From Blepharisma stoltei ATCC 30299 (taxonomy: Eukaryota; Protista; Ciliophora): a stretch of 64,000 bases of DNA. The position numbers were made by a program, and so were the translations under genes. The notes under the pieces are model-generated. The model was not told the origin of the DNA. It saw nothing but the letters and a program-made list of their open reading frames with translations, and searched no databases. The stretch spans positions 62,001 to 126,000 of the forward strand of contig CBFDEM010000048.1 in NCBI GenBank assembly GCA_965603825.1, in the 5' to 3' direction. Below are positions 36,348 through 50,834 of this stretch, one piece after another. How positions within the stretch are numbered: position 1 is the stretch's first letter; the number at the start of each line of letters is the position of its first letter.

Positions 36348-39300
36348 ATGATTTCAGTAGTGACTCAAGCCAGCATCAACTTATGCCTGAATTCTGTCCT
36401 GTTTGCTCTTATATCACTTTCCCTATTCCAGAATTTTTTTTCTTTCCTTGATTTCCGCATAGGCCTCAAAACGATCACTCATCTTCTTCAATATGAAGAT
36501 GTCAGGGGGAATGTCTATACCACATTTTACAATTTTGAAAGTTTTGCATGTGGGAAATCAGAAATAGACGGAATCAGAACTGTCTGTGGGAACATCATCA
36601 ACTTTGAAGTTGCCGGGATCATTTATTTGATCGGCGCAGTTTTGCTGCTTTTTTCAATTGGGATCTGTATTTTGAATTTGCTGATGATTTTGCTTATGAA
36701 AGGAAATGCGCTGACTAAAATAAGGATTCCTCACTTCCTAAACGCAGGAGTTTACATACTTATCGCGACTGCTTATTTTTTAATCAGCAACATCGATCAT
36801 TTAGAGCCGCCGAACAATGAAAAAGTTGACATCCAAGCAGAATTCGGCTTAAAGCTGCTCTATATAAACTCCGGCCTTGCAATTTTTACCCTTCTTCACT
36901 ACACTTTTATCAAAAAATTCACAAATCTCGACAACCGAATGCAGCTTTGTTTTAACATTTTTAGCAATTTGCTAGGCAAATTGCCTGAAATAAACCCAAA
37001 AACTAAGCTGATTTCTTCAAGCCAAAGCGAGCCACTTGATATCCAGACAGTGATTCAAGATAAAGTTGGCTTAGAAAACACGTTAAAAGAAAAAGAAGTC
37101 GAAATCCAGACACTGTACAACAAGGTAAAATCAATAGAAAAACAAATGCAGACGCCAGGAGATGAAGAAATTGTGATTGCCCCAGCTTCCTTAAAAGCTA
37201 AAAAGACACAAAAAGTGAAACTCAGAAGCGGAAAAGGGCAACAAAGAAGAGAAGAAATTGTGGAAAACCCAAAAGAAGAAGATTTACAAGGACTTCTTCA
37301 AGAATATACAGAACAAAAAGATAAATGGGAACAAGAGAAAAAAGAGCTGCTAAGGAAACTTGAAGAAAACCCAGACCGAGCTTATGCACAGTCAGCAGAT
37401 CGTGTGAAAAATATTTTAGAAGAAATTAATAATAAGCTAGAAGAAAAAATCGATGACCCAGAAGACAGAAAAAAAATCCAAGACGCCATCAATCAAATAA
37501 AAAATAATTTAAAAAGACCTGGCTCTCCTGAAGAAATGAGCTGGGAACAAGAAAGAAACAGTCTAAATGACGTGATCAATACTCTTTCAGTTGAGCTTGA
37601 AAAGGCTAGAAGCCAAGGAGGAAACACAAAAGCTATTGTCAATGAAAATAAAAGGCTTGCCCAAGAGAACTCAAAACTTCAAGACGATAAAAAAAATATG
37701 CAGTCTTACATAAATGAGCTTGAAATACGAATTGATGAAATTCAATCCCAGCCTGTGTCTAAGCCGCTATTATCACAAGACCAAGAAACTTCTGCACAAA
37801 CACGAAGCTTAATAAACTCTTATAAAGCTCAGTCTGAATCCCAACAAGAAGAAATTGACCGTTTAACAAAAGCGCTAAAACAATATAAGGACCAGATACT
37901 ACAAAATGAAGCAAACTGGGAGAGCTCAGAAAAAAAAATTAGGGATAAAGAATATCAAATAAGGAATATTAATGAAAGACTTGAAGAACAAAAAGCACTT
38001 TTAGATGAAAAAGAGGAAAAATTAAATTTGGTGAAGAAGGAAAGAGATGAAACTAAAAGGATTTTGAGAGATAAAGAAGATGAGCTTGAACAAACTAAAG
38101 CTCAGCTTGCAAACCTACAGAGGGAGATTTCTATTTTGAAGCAAAGTTCGGCAGAGCGTAAAAGTGACCCTGAAATCGAATATTTGACAGCTGAAAAGAA
38201 AGCCTTAGAAGAAAGAGTAAGCCAACTCTCAGCTGACTTAAATAATCAAAACCAAGAAAATAAACTGAATATTCTGAAAAGTAAAGAAGAATTGGCTGGA
38301 AAAGACCAGCTGCTTGAAGAAGAGGAAAGAAAAAACCGCTTAAAAGAGAATAAAATAAAAGGTTTGAATGAAAATTTGGAAGAAATGAGGAATTATTTAG
38401 AAGAAAAAGACAATGTTATAGCCCAAGTTAAAAAAGAAAGGGATGAAGCTAAAAAAAGAATCAAAGAAAATGAAGAAGAAATCAATAATTTGACCTTAGA
38501 AAATTCAAAATTAACAAGAGAAAACATTTTATTCAAAAACTTGCCTGAAGGAAAAATAGAGCAGACAGAGGCTGAAGCTATCAAAGTAGAAAAAGATTTT
38601 CTTAACCAAAAACTAGCACAGGTAAGCCAAACCTTAAAGGAGCAAAGAGAAGCTGCATACCAAATGGAGCTAGAAAATGGAAATTTGGCAGTGCAGAATA
38701 GCCAATTGATGATGAAAATCCAAAATACTGAAGATTCATATAATCAGTTACAAAGAGATGCAGAAGATTTATCAAAGCAGTTAGAAGACTACGATAAAAT
38801 AAAGAAAAAATTGTCAGAAAAAGAAAATTTAATCGACGAACTATCTCTTGCTGTAGACCAGTATAAAAAACAAATTTCTGAACTAAAAGAAAAAATTAGA
38901 GAACTCCAAGAAGCTGATGAAGAAAAAAGCTATTTCCAGCAGCAAACTCAAAAACTTAAAGAAAGTCTTGAAGCCACAAAATCCTCATTGCATGAAGCAG
39001 AGTCCAAAAACGCAGAACTTTACTATTCCGAAGAAGCTCGTCAAAAGCTGCAAACCCAAAACGAAAAATTAAACCAGCTTTTAGATACCGCGAAATCTCA
39101 AATTTCTGAAAATCAAGTTTTAGCCCACCAAAAAGAGTCCGAATGACTTGCAGAAAAGGACAAACTCTTAGAAAATCTCAGTCAGCAGCGTAAAGATGCT
39201 GAGGAAGAAAAAAACAACTTACAGCAGCAAATTCAAAAACTTAAAGAAAACCTCGAAACCGCGAAATCTGCATTACGTGAAGCAGAGTCCAAAAATACAG

Positions 39301-41798
39301 AAATCTTCTATTCAGAAGAATCCCGCCAAAAGCTGCAAACCCAAAATGAAAAATTAAATAAACTTTTAGAGGCTGCAAAGTCCCAAATTTCTGACAGTCA
39401 AGTTTTAGCCCACCAAAAAGAGTCCGAATGGCTTGCAGAAAAGGACAAACTTTTAGAAAATATCAGCCAGCAGCGGAAAGAAGCTGAAGATCTTCACCGA
39501 TCTATTAAATCCAAAGATTTTGAGCTAGAAGAAATGCTAAAAACTGCTCAAGAAGAAAAAGAAATGCTGCATACCCAAGTAAGCAAACTTGCTGATCTTC
39601 TTAAACTTGCTAAAGATAAGCTATTAGACTACGATAACAGAGAGCTCGCCTGGACCAAAGAAAAAGAAGAGCTTAAGCGGCGGATTGACACAAAAGAAAA
39701 AGAAAAGCAAGAAATCGAACAAATGATAGCAAATATGAAAGACCAGTCAGAAGACTCAAAAAAATCAATTGAAGAAAAACTGAAGCTTCAGAATTTAGTA
39801 TCAAAACTAACTGAAGATTTAAACGCTACCAGAAAAGACCTTGAAGAATCAGTAGGAAAATCCTATCGACAAGAAAGTGACTGGGAAAAAGAAAAAAATG
39901 ACTTAATGCACCTCCAAAATCAGCTTAAAAAAGAAGTAGAACAGCTCCACCATAGAATGAAAAACCAAGAAGACTTTTTTGAAAATGAGCTGCAATCGTC
40001 ACAACTTGCAATAGAAAAGCTTAAGGACGATTGCAAAGACTTAAAAACTCAAGCAAAAATACATCAAGACGAAACTTCGAGACTTAACCAAATGAAAGAA
40101 GTCCTTGAAAAAGAAATTTCGGACAAAACCAACCAAATACAAGAATTGTCACAAGTGTCTCTGCAAGGCCCATCTGAAGTAAAAGTAAAGGTCTTAGAAG
40201 AGCAGGTGTCTGATATACAAAAGGCTGCAGGCTATAAAGTAAAAATCCTTGAAGAGCAAGTAGCAGATCTCCAAAGCAGCTTAAATCAGTCAGAAAATAG
40301 GCTGCAAAGCGTAATAAAAGAAAAAGACGAGCTTAGAAACGAGCTCAGCATAAAACACTCAGAGCTTCAATCTATAAGTGAAGAGTGCCAAAACATGCAT
40401 GACCAGCTCTATGAGATTGGCGAAAAACAAAGAACACCAAAAAGCCCTGACCGCGACGAAAGATTTTTTAATCGGTCTCGAGAAGGCAGCTTAGAAAGCA
40501 GCTCACATAGTGCTCAAGATTTAATGATCATTGAAGGCCTAGCCCCAAGTGTTACACAGAATAACCCACTGTTAGAAAATGTTTCTAACCTGCGTAGGGA
40601 GCCTCCTATGACTTATTCAAATGTTTGGAAACTATTTGAAGCTTTAATGCAAGATAAATGTAAGCTGGACAGGCTTGAAATGGCACTAGGAAGACAGCCA
40701 CGCACAATGACGGAATATATGCTAGATTTCGTATATCTTCATTATGGGCTAAAAGCCTTAGCGTTAAAGCAGCTGAAAGCTCTGATAACATCTTTGGAGC
40801 AGCTTTATAAAATTGGTCACCCGTATGGTGTTTTGTTCTGTAGGTTCCTTGGACTTTTCCATCCTCGTCCACTTCCTTATCAAGTCTCAATATATGCTTT
40901 AATTGTCCAAGAACAATTTTCTGTTTTGACTACAAAAATCAAAGAAAAACCTGCGAATTTCACTGAGCAATATGAAATTTTGCAGTTTGGAGGCGTCGCT
41001 TCAATTGTGGATGTTATGGATCTCATAATGAAAATCTGCAGAAACAACAGAGAAGCTGGAGAAAGAATCATAATGCAGCTTCATAGAGATAGGCCTGACA
41101 AGCTAGAATTGACAATCCTCAAAGTATGTGGGACAATGGCTCGTATGGGAAAAAGCTCGGACTATATTTTTGAAGTCTTAGATATAGACCAAGGAGGCTC
41201 AATTGACTACCAAACCTTTATTGACGGGATCAGATTTACACTAAACATTTGGATTACCCAAGAAGAAGGTGAACTTTTATGTGCATTTATTGATGAGCAA
41301 CAAACTGGCTTAATTTCTTATATAGACTGGTACCAAAAAATCAATTTTGTGGAATTCGCTGAGAAAATGTACAGTAAGGTTGCTATGATAACTAAAGCTG
41401 ACTTCTTAAATGCCTTAGTTGATGAGTATGAATATGAAGTTGTCCAAGACTATTACCAATTACGACAGATGATAAGGTTCCCTTCACTTGACATGAATTC
41501 TGTGCTAAGCTTACTGATGCAGATTGACCCAAGCCTTGATGAAGAAGAAGCAATGAAACTGTATAATGAAGCAAGAGAGCACGAAAGAGACGTCAGAGGA
41601 TATGTGAGTCCCGAAGCATTCTGCATTATTGTGCTGAAAAATAGGGTCGGAGGGTATGGAATCGGGATGTTTGATGTATACGCATTAGACCAAGGGTTGC
41701 CGAAAATCAGCTCTGAAGGAGTGAAAAATGAATTGGTTGTAGAAAGAGACTATAAAGGGAAGCTAGAAGTGGATATAAGGAAAAAGTCGAGAAATTAA
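36348..41798 (+). CDS. ~1816-aa protein: N-terminal TM bundle, long coiled coil, C-terminal EF-hand-like region
   Basis: ORFs 36348-39146 and 39534-41798 are in frame through a single TGA. There are hydrophobic helices in the first ~190 aa, an E/K/Q heptads region and an EF-hand loop DIDQGGSIDYQTF. Confidence 0.82.
38915..39485 (+). repeat. Internal 285-nt (95-aa) coding tandem duplication
   Basis: Two units, e.g. caccaaaaagagtccgaaTGActtgcagaaaaggac and ...gaaTGGcttgcagaaaaggac, offset by 285 nt. Boundaries are approximate. Confidence 0.92.
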
Positions 41799-41835
41799 TT
41801 TAAATAAGCTATTTTAAAATGAATTAGTCTTAGTA

Positions 41836-42900
<1,065 letters not shown>

Positions 42901-43033
42901 TTATTGTTAAAATAAACAAAGAGTAGAAATATTTATTTCATATAAATTTTGGGCATAATAGAGTGCTGTAATTAGAAGGCTAAGCATAAAAATATATAAG
43001 AAAACGAAGTATTCGAATAATTTAATAATCAAT

Positions 43034-45493
43034 ATGACAGAGGGCAGAGGAGTTGTATCTAAAAAGGAGCTATCTCCAGGCATCATCTTACACAAAGAAA
43101 TAATCCCAGGCAAAGCAGAAGGTGTAGAGTGCATTTATGAGTTTCGAGTTGAGCTTCAGAGATTAAATACATTGGAATTTACAGTTGATTTTACAGGCTC
43201 CAAAAATGTTTTACTAGACGGAGGGTCTGGGTTAGTAAAATCTACCATTGTTCAAGCTTTTGAAACAACTACAGTCGCAGTATTGAAAATGACTAGACAA
43301 TGGATGCTAAAATCAAAGTTTCGGTTCATAATCCGAGCAGCTCCACGTGCTCTCCAAGAACAATATTTAAAGCGAGAAATTCAAGACCTCAATGCAAAAA
43401 TAGAAAAATCCAAACAAATACTGTCTAAAATCTCAGTAAATTTGTCATCAGTACAAGAAATTGAGCAAGTTTTGACTCAAAAAGGTACGAATTTTCTTGA
43501 TATTGAATTCCCCCCTTTAGATGCGTCAATTTATAGAGAAGTTGATAAAGAGCCATTTGACCAGCTGGTCCATTGAAGAAGGCCAAATGAATTTTTTATA
43601 GTAGACTATGGAGAAGGGCTAAAAGACCCCAGAATCTTTTCTGAAGAAATTGAGCCTTATGATGTTCGCCAAGGACAGTTAGGAGACTCCTGGTTTATGA
43701 GTGCTCTTGCTTCATTAGCAGAAAGGCCAGCTTTAATTGAAAGACTTTTCATTACCAAGCAGGTGAATAGCATAGGGATTTATAGAATCAAATTATGTAA
43801 AAATGGAGAATGGGTCACTGTTACAATTGATGACTATTTTCCTTGCTTTCCGATGGGGCAGCCAATATTTTCAAGGGCTAATGGAAATGAGCTGTGGGTA
43901 CTTATACTTGAAAAAGCTTATGCTAAATTGCATGGACACTATTATTTGTTAAAAGGAGGGTTTGCGAATGAAGGGCTTATTGATTTAACTGGATGTCCAA
44001 CTGCCCAATTTCATTTTCACGACGAAGATATACAAAAACTTATAGAAAGTGGCCAGTTTTGGCTGATGATAAAGGATTTTGACGAAGAAGGGTACATTTT
44101 GTCAGCAAGCACTCAAGGCGAAGAAAGGTGAAACGAAGTCAATTTCCTTGGGACCTTAGAAGCTGGATTATTGCCTGGGCATGCTTATACAATTTTATCT
44201 ATCAAAGAAGCCCAAGGCAATCTTTTAATAAATTTGCGTAATCCATGAGGAAAAATTGACTGAAATGGTGACTGAAGTGATGGGTCAGCTGAATGGACTG
44301 CAGCCATGAAAAGAGAGCTAAACCCTGTCTTTGACGAAGACAACGGGAATTTTTGGATGAATTTTGATGACTTTATTCAGCATTTTTCAACCCTAAATGT
44401 CTGCAGAGTAAAAAACTGGGACGAAGTTAGAATTAAAGGGAAATTTATAAGGGTCCAAGACGTAGAAGACTCAAATATGGAAGTTGTCGTATCTAAGTGG
44501 TATTATAGCGTAGATTTACCTGAAAGGGTCAGGATTTTTATAGGGATTCATCAAGAAGATGAAAGGATTTTTGGGGTTGCTTCTAGAAGACAATATTTAG
44601 ACATAGGGATAGTGGTGCTTAAAAGAATGCCTGATGGGACAGTAAATTTGATAGAATCCAAAGATTTTAGCATTGACCGACAGTGTGAGATGGAGATTTT
44701 ACTAGACCCTGGATCATATATAATTTTGCCAAGGACTTCAGGATGCTTGCTAAGAAGGCCAACTGATGCAGTTCCTGAAAGAATAACTCTGCTTAACAGT
44801 AAAGGAGAGCTTACAGACTTAGCAGAATCCACGATTAATGATATTTTCAGAAAATTTGATATGCTCTTAAACAGAGAGCTTTCTTATACAGAATTTAAAG
44901 GGTTTTATGAGTGTATCAATAGGACTATAAGTGAGGTCGAGTATCGTCAAAAAGTCCTTAAAAAATATTCCTCAACTGAAAATGGGCTAAGCTTAAAAGG
45001 GTTTAAAGACTTTTTTATTGAAAATATCAAAGCTCAAGGCGAAGAGGTAATTTGGGGATGGCTTGAGAGCTTAGGATATGATAGAGAACTATACTCAGTC
45101 AGGTCACGGTGCTTTATTTTGACTTTTCATAGTGTCACTGAAATTTCAGTAACAGTCAGAGACGCCATCCAAACTGATCTAGATAACCGCACCAATGTAC
45201 TTTTAATAGAAAAACAAGGGACTGAGCTAGACAGCAAAACTGGGGTCAGATGTTTTTATTATTTATCCAAAAATGTCCATTGCTACTCATATGGTGTTTA
45301 TAATGAGCAGTCTCAAGCTATAGAAGTTACTTTAGACTGTGGAGGCTCTGATAGCATGGTTTTCAGTACTAAAGGATCATATGTGAAAAAAAGAATCGAG
45401 CCTGGCCAGCTTGAATTCATGCTCCATGCTATGGCAATTCCTAGTGCAGATACCTTTGTGAGATCAGCCAGATGTACATGGCATGCAGTTTAA
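43034..45493 (+). CDS. Calpain-family protein, 819 aa, catalytic Cys replaced by Ser; C2L and EF-hand-like regions
   Basis: FLDIEFPP, HWRRP, QGQLGDSWFMSALA, VTIDDYFP, ELWVLILEKAYAKLHG, GHAY, LRNPWG and GNFWM. Three ORFs are in frame via TGA=Trp. Confidence 0.92.
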
Positions 45494-45508
45494 TTTTAAT
45501 TCTTAATA

Positions 45509-46330
45509 ATGTCTAAAGATTATCATAAACTATACGCATCCAATGAAAACAGTGCTAGAAGCCTGAACTCTTATAAGAAAAAGCTGCTGAATGAAGAATC
45601 AGAAGTCACTGATATTTATCAGACCGAAAATGAAGGAAAACTTGATAAGTGGATCGGATATGAATCAGATGAAGAATCAGAACCAAGACAAAGACTAGAC
45701 TCAGAAAGTGAGGACGAAGAAAACGAAAAAAATGAAGAAAAAATAGTCCAAAGGGCTATTTTTGATGAAAATTCTGAAAAAGTCCAAGTAAGAGAAAGAA
45801 TTGGAAAAGCTGATGTAAAATGGCTTGGGGCGAAGCCAGATAGAACTGAAAAAATAATCACTAATAAAGAAGAATTGCAAGCTGGAAATATAATACATAG
45901 GGATAAGCAAGGCAGAATTTTAGAAGGAGGAATAAATAAAGAGCAGGAGCTGAAAAAGTTAAATGAAGAAAGACTAAATCAATGAAAAAGCGGAGCTGAA
46001 CAAAGGAAGGAAAAAGAAGATATGATAAGGAATATTAAAGCAGAAAAAAATAAACCATTTGCAAGATATGAAATTGAAGAAGACGCTGATCAAGAGTTTA
46101 AAACTAAAAAAAGATTTGGGGACCCAGCTTTGGCATTTCAAGAAAATAGACTAAAAAAAATGAAAACTGAATGCCCTTATAGCTGGGAAAATAGGTTTAA
46201 TATAAAGCCTGGGAGCAAATGGGATGGAAGAGATAGAAGTAATGAATTTGAAAGGAGATGGATGGCAAAACAAGGAAGAAAAGAATGGGAAAAAAGCTTT
46301 GTCTACAAGCAGTTTGCAAGCGAGTTATAA
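45509..46330 (+). CDS. BUD13: Pre-mRNA splicing factor BUD13/CWC26 (RES complex)
   Basis: IHRDKQGR, W(TGA)KSGAEQ, KPFARY, RFGDP and [22 protein letters not shown]. Confidence 0.9.
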
Positions 46331-46451
46331 ACAAAAATAAATAATTTGTAGATTTAAAAGATTCAAATATAGCTAATTTAGAACATTTCTAGCAGAGTTT
46401 AAATATGAAAATAGTCATTGCGGTTTCATTTTAATTTTAATAATAAAATAT

Positions 46452-46757
46452 ATGGGTGCTTGTTACGGAACTCAATCCAAATATATGAAAAATTCAAAGG
46501 TTTGCCATCACAAAAGTGATAGCGAGTATGAAGATGCATATGAGAAGCTTAAACTCCAAAGCAAAAGACAAAAAATTTTAGTTAAAAAAGCAATTGAAGC
46601 TCCGATGCTTAATCTTAGTGAAAATTCACTATATAAGAGAAGGACAATCCTACTACACAACGAGATTCAACCTTCAACAAGTGGATTTGATCATCTTACA
46701 AGGACATTTTCTTCAAGCTCAAGTGTAATAACTATTGAAAGCAAACACATACAATAA
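46452..46757 (+). CDS. MGxC acylated microprotein, family member A (101 aa)
   Basis: MGACY...KKAIEAPMLNLSENSLYKRR; shares its core with five neighbours. Confidence 0.8.
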   Translation: MGACYGTQSKYMKNSKVCHHKSDSEYEDAYEKLKLQSKRQKILVKKAIEAPMLNLSENSLYKRRTILLHNEIQPSTSGFDHLTRTFSSSSSVITIESKHIQ

Positions 46758-48794
46758 ATGTTATATAACGTTAATTAATGTTTATATAATAGAAGTATGA
46801 AATTAATTGAATAATTGGCAATTCATTTCATCTACAATTTGGATTGTTATGAAATAAACTTAAATATCTTTATCTAAGGCTTAATATTCATATAACTGCA
46901 TATGGTAATTAATTAAAGATATTGATTCTTTAATCAAGCCTCTTTGATAAAGTTTAACAGATTTTTTTTGGATTTCCTAGTCATATATATTTAAATAATG
47001 GAGTAATGCGTTACAATATTTTAATAATTAGAAGGATAAAGAAGATTAAAATATCTTAAATTTTATACTGATTATTTTAATTACGGTTTCATTTTTATTT
47101 TCAAGATCTTTTATTATGAAATTTCTTAGTTTTAAATGTACTTATTTTTATATAAATTTCCTTATATAGCTTATTCGTATTTCAGCTTTACGATTTTTTG
47201 TAATAAATATCTTAAAAGATGAAAACAAATAGAAAAATTATATGTTCGGTATTTTGTAAATAAAATACATTTATTCTATTTTTGCTCTTTACTAATGGTT
47301 TAGGCAAAAACATCTAAGAAGTGAAAACTCAAGTTATTTGATAAATAGTTGATAAAATTAATACCCTATAAATAACCATCTTACATACAATTTTGGTATG
47401 AATATGGAAATAGCTTAGTTAAAACTTAAAGCAAGCTCCTTTAATATTTTCTGAAAAATTGGCTATATTAGCAAGGACTTTCATAGTGAACCGAAGTTTT
47501 TCAATAATTTTTATTTTTAAGAAAGAGACTCTCTCGCTATCTCTAAGAATTAAAGTATAACTACTCGAAATCAGAAAATAACCCAGTTTCTGCTTTTAAA
47601 ATAATCATTGAAAGCAGAAAGACCTATTGCATCATTGGCAATTGATTAAATACCTGACTGAATAATAATAATGATCATTATATCTAATTTATAACATATT
47701 CTTAAGAAATAGAAAGCTAGCTTTCTGTTCTCTTCTCATTCGGCTTAATTCTTAATAAATTTATTTCTTTTAACATTGCTATCTAGATAATCAATATCAT
47801 TAACGTTTTGCTGCGTGTTCAATCTAATTCTAGACTCCATATTAAATGCGATAGAAAAGCCAATTTGAATAAGAAATCCTAATAGTCAATTTTTTAGGAA
47901 TGCTCAAGTAAAGTCTTTCCTTCTATGAAGACTGTAATTTTTTCATCAAAAATCTAATTATGCTCTGATTACTTACATTTCATATTAAATAAAGGTTTAT
48001 TGATTATTAGGCTTCTTGACAGTTTTAAAAAATTAGGCTCTTCTCTCAAGACCTATAATTGGCAGATTTATAAAGAAGTTAAGCAGAAATTACAGAAATA
48101 TCATTAAACCTAATGGTTTTTCGGATCGAATGAGATTTATGAAGTTTTCTCCTAACAAAAAATAAATTAAAATAATAGGAAAATTAGCTATTTTTGGAAA
48201 TTGTAAGAAAATATAAACAATAAAATACGAATGAGTCTCATAGACTCTCTCTTCATTATTTAGAGTATATTTAAGATTTTTTCATAATTTATCTTAAATC
48301 TAATGAAAATAGTTACTTTAATAGCATAAAAGCCTAAGAATTAAATTTGAGATAAACTTGCTCATTTAATCACCTGAATAAAAACCCGCAAGGTAATTTT
48401 TATTAAAATTTTTAAAGTCCATTTTGAAAATTATTCAATTAATATTCACCACGATTTTTATTGTAAATTCAAGGAAAGAAGCGATTACTCTATCAAATCA
48501 AAACTCAAAAATTATTCAACAAAAAATTTTTAAAATTGTTTTGAGCATTAAAATACTGCCAATTGCTTCAAATTTACTTAAATCCAGATTTTTATAAAAC
48601 TGAAAATTTTTATTCACAGTTATAAAGCATATGGAAATTTATAAGTAAAAGACTTAGACGTATAATTAATCTCAAAATTCTATAAAATGCATTTTTTTAA
48701 CCTGTCAGCTTACAGCCAGCGTCGGTTTTCATTTGATAAAATCGAGTTTATTTTTGATTACCATTAAATCTCTTCAAGCATATATTTAAAACAA

Positions 48795-49061
48795 ATGGGT
48801 TCGTGCTACGCTAAACAAGAGAAAAGTGCCAAAACCGCAGTCGAACCCACCGATCAATGGAAATCCGGCAACAGAAATTTTCGTCTAAACCGTCGTAAAG
48901 AATTTATAATACAAATGCAAATTATTTATCATCGAAAAGCAGCTGAAGCGCCTATATTGACAATTAATAAAAGCAGCTTGTATCATAAGCGATTAAATAA
49001 GGCTCAAAGTTTGTCAAAAAATGAGAATTTGTATCAAAATCAGGCTGTCAGCTGTTTCTAG
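48795..49061 (+). CDS. MGxC acylated microprotein, member B (88 aa)
   Basis: MGSCY...RKAAEAPILTINKSSLYHKR. Confidence 0.8.
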   Translation: MGSCYAKQEKSAKTAVEPTDQWKSGNRNFRLNRRKEFIIQMQIIYHRKAAEAPILTINKSSLYHKRLNKAQSLSKNENLYQNQAVSCF

Positions 49062-50531
49062 GCTTCATTACAATATCATTAATAATTTAAACTAACAAAA
49101 ATTGATTTAAACGGGCTTTTTCATTGCTTTCTCTCTAATTGCTAATATCTACTTTAGACCTACAAAATAAAAAGATGTTTTACTATATTTTGAGCATCGG
49201 GAAGAAATAATAAAATGGATAATATTCTCAGATTATATAAAACCTTCAAGATAGGGGATTTTATAGACTGAATTACTTCAAAAATAGCTCTTTATTTAAT
49301 ATTTAGACTTTAGAAATGCTTGGTAACACTTTTTAGGAGAAGAATCACTTTATTTTAAAAATTATATTCCCTGAATATTTCTTAGTAGCAATTCAAAATC
49401 TATCATAAAGGCATTAATATTATTATAAATATTTTAAACTGAAAATAGCAGCAAGCTTTAATGCAGACCTTATTACTTGCCCGCCATATTCTTTGATAGT
49501 TTTGCAAATATTTCTATCAATCAAATTCTATAAGGCTTATCAAGCAAGGACTTGAGTTATGACAGTTTTTACTTTAAATAGATATTTAGTCAAGCTGAGA
49601 AGATATAATTTCATTAATTCAAGCCAGTTGGGTATATCTTATAATAAAATTTTATTATTTCATCAAATAAAACCTAATTCTTAAGATTTTATATCATATT
49701 ATCAGTTTTAGTAAAAGAGAACATCTTTAAGTAAGTAAAACTGGCTTTATAATTTGTATTGTTATAATTTGCAAATATGGGATTAAAATTAACTGCAATT
49801 TTTTAATAAAGAACGTAATTGAGTTTAACACAAAGGCTGTATCTCTTAAAATTAAAAAATGCATTATAAAAATTAGAACGCATATTATTTTAAATTATTA
49901 TTTAACTATATTTAAGAATAAATTTGAACCTGGTTTAAGTTTTACATTTATTTATAAGTTGTCTTTCAAAGCTTTTAAGCATCTTTCTTTAAGCACTGTT
50001 TATTAAAATATAAAAGATAAAATATGTTTACTTAGTTTGCTCACTTGATAAAATATCAGTATAAGAGTTGATAAAGAAGTCAATATTACTTCACTGTCTA
50101 TAATTACGTATGACGCAGCAGGCTACGACTTTTTAGCTAAATCATAGAGCTGATTTTCTTTATAATACTAACTTCATTGTAAAAAAACTTTATGGATTTG
50201 CGCATTATGTTTATCTAATACTATATCCTATTTAATTTTCTCAAATTACTCAGAATTTTTTTATTCGGAAATATATAAATTAGGCTATCTCTTTGTCAAT
50301 AATCTTTTTATTATTTGGCAATCATAGAAGCATTAGATCGCTAAAGAATAAATACTTCACAGCAGGATCATTATTTATTTTAACCCAAAACTTTTTTTTC
50401 TTATGCTTGAATTTTCTAAAATATTTTTCGAAATTTTTATTTTCATATGCTCCTTTCAATATAAATCCTCCTTTAGTCCACACTGAAATTTTATCAAAAT
50501 GGATTTAGAAACCATTGAAATAATCTAATTC

Positions 50532-50834
50532 ATGGGAGTTTGCTGCTCAATGAGATTTGACTTAAAAGAACCCAGTGATAACCTCCAGATGAAGAGAGCA
50601 AGACCACTAAGAAACTCAAAGTTGGATTTAAATAGCCAAATCATAATCCAGAAAGAACTTGTAATCAAAAGAAAAGTGCTGAATGCGCCTAAATTAAAAC
50701 TAGACGAAAATCCTTTATATAAAAAGAGACTATGAACCCAAACAAGTTCGTCTGTGAGCCGAAATTTGACTCCAACAAGAAGTTTGGATAATATATTGGA
50801 CACAGGTTCTCCTTCTTTAGTCTCTCCACTATAA
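50532..50834 (+). CDS. MGxC acylated microprotein, member C (100 aa)
   Basis: MGVCC...RKVLNAPKLKLDENPLYKKRL-W(TGA); stop TAA 50832-50834. Confidence 0.8.

Noticed and set aside
36949-36964. Possible 16-nt intron GTTTTAACATTTTTAG in the giant gene
   Set aside because: It lacks the position-10 A and the GTA/GTG donor seen in the other introns, and the frame is open without splicing.
47587-47620. 10-bp inverted repeat tttctgcttt...aaagcagaaa (and a similar palindrome near 58764-58783)
   Set aside because: Short inverted repeats are expected by chance in very AT-rich DNA, and there is no target-site duplication or transposase.
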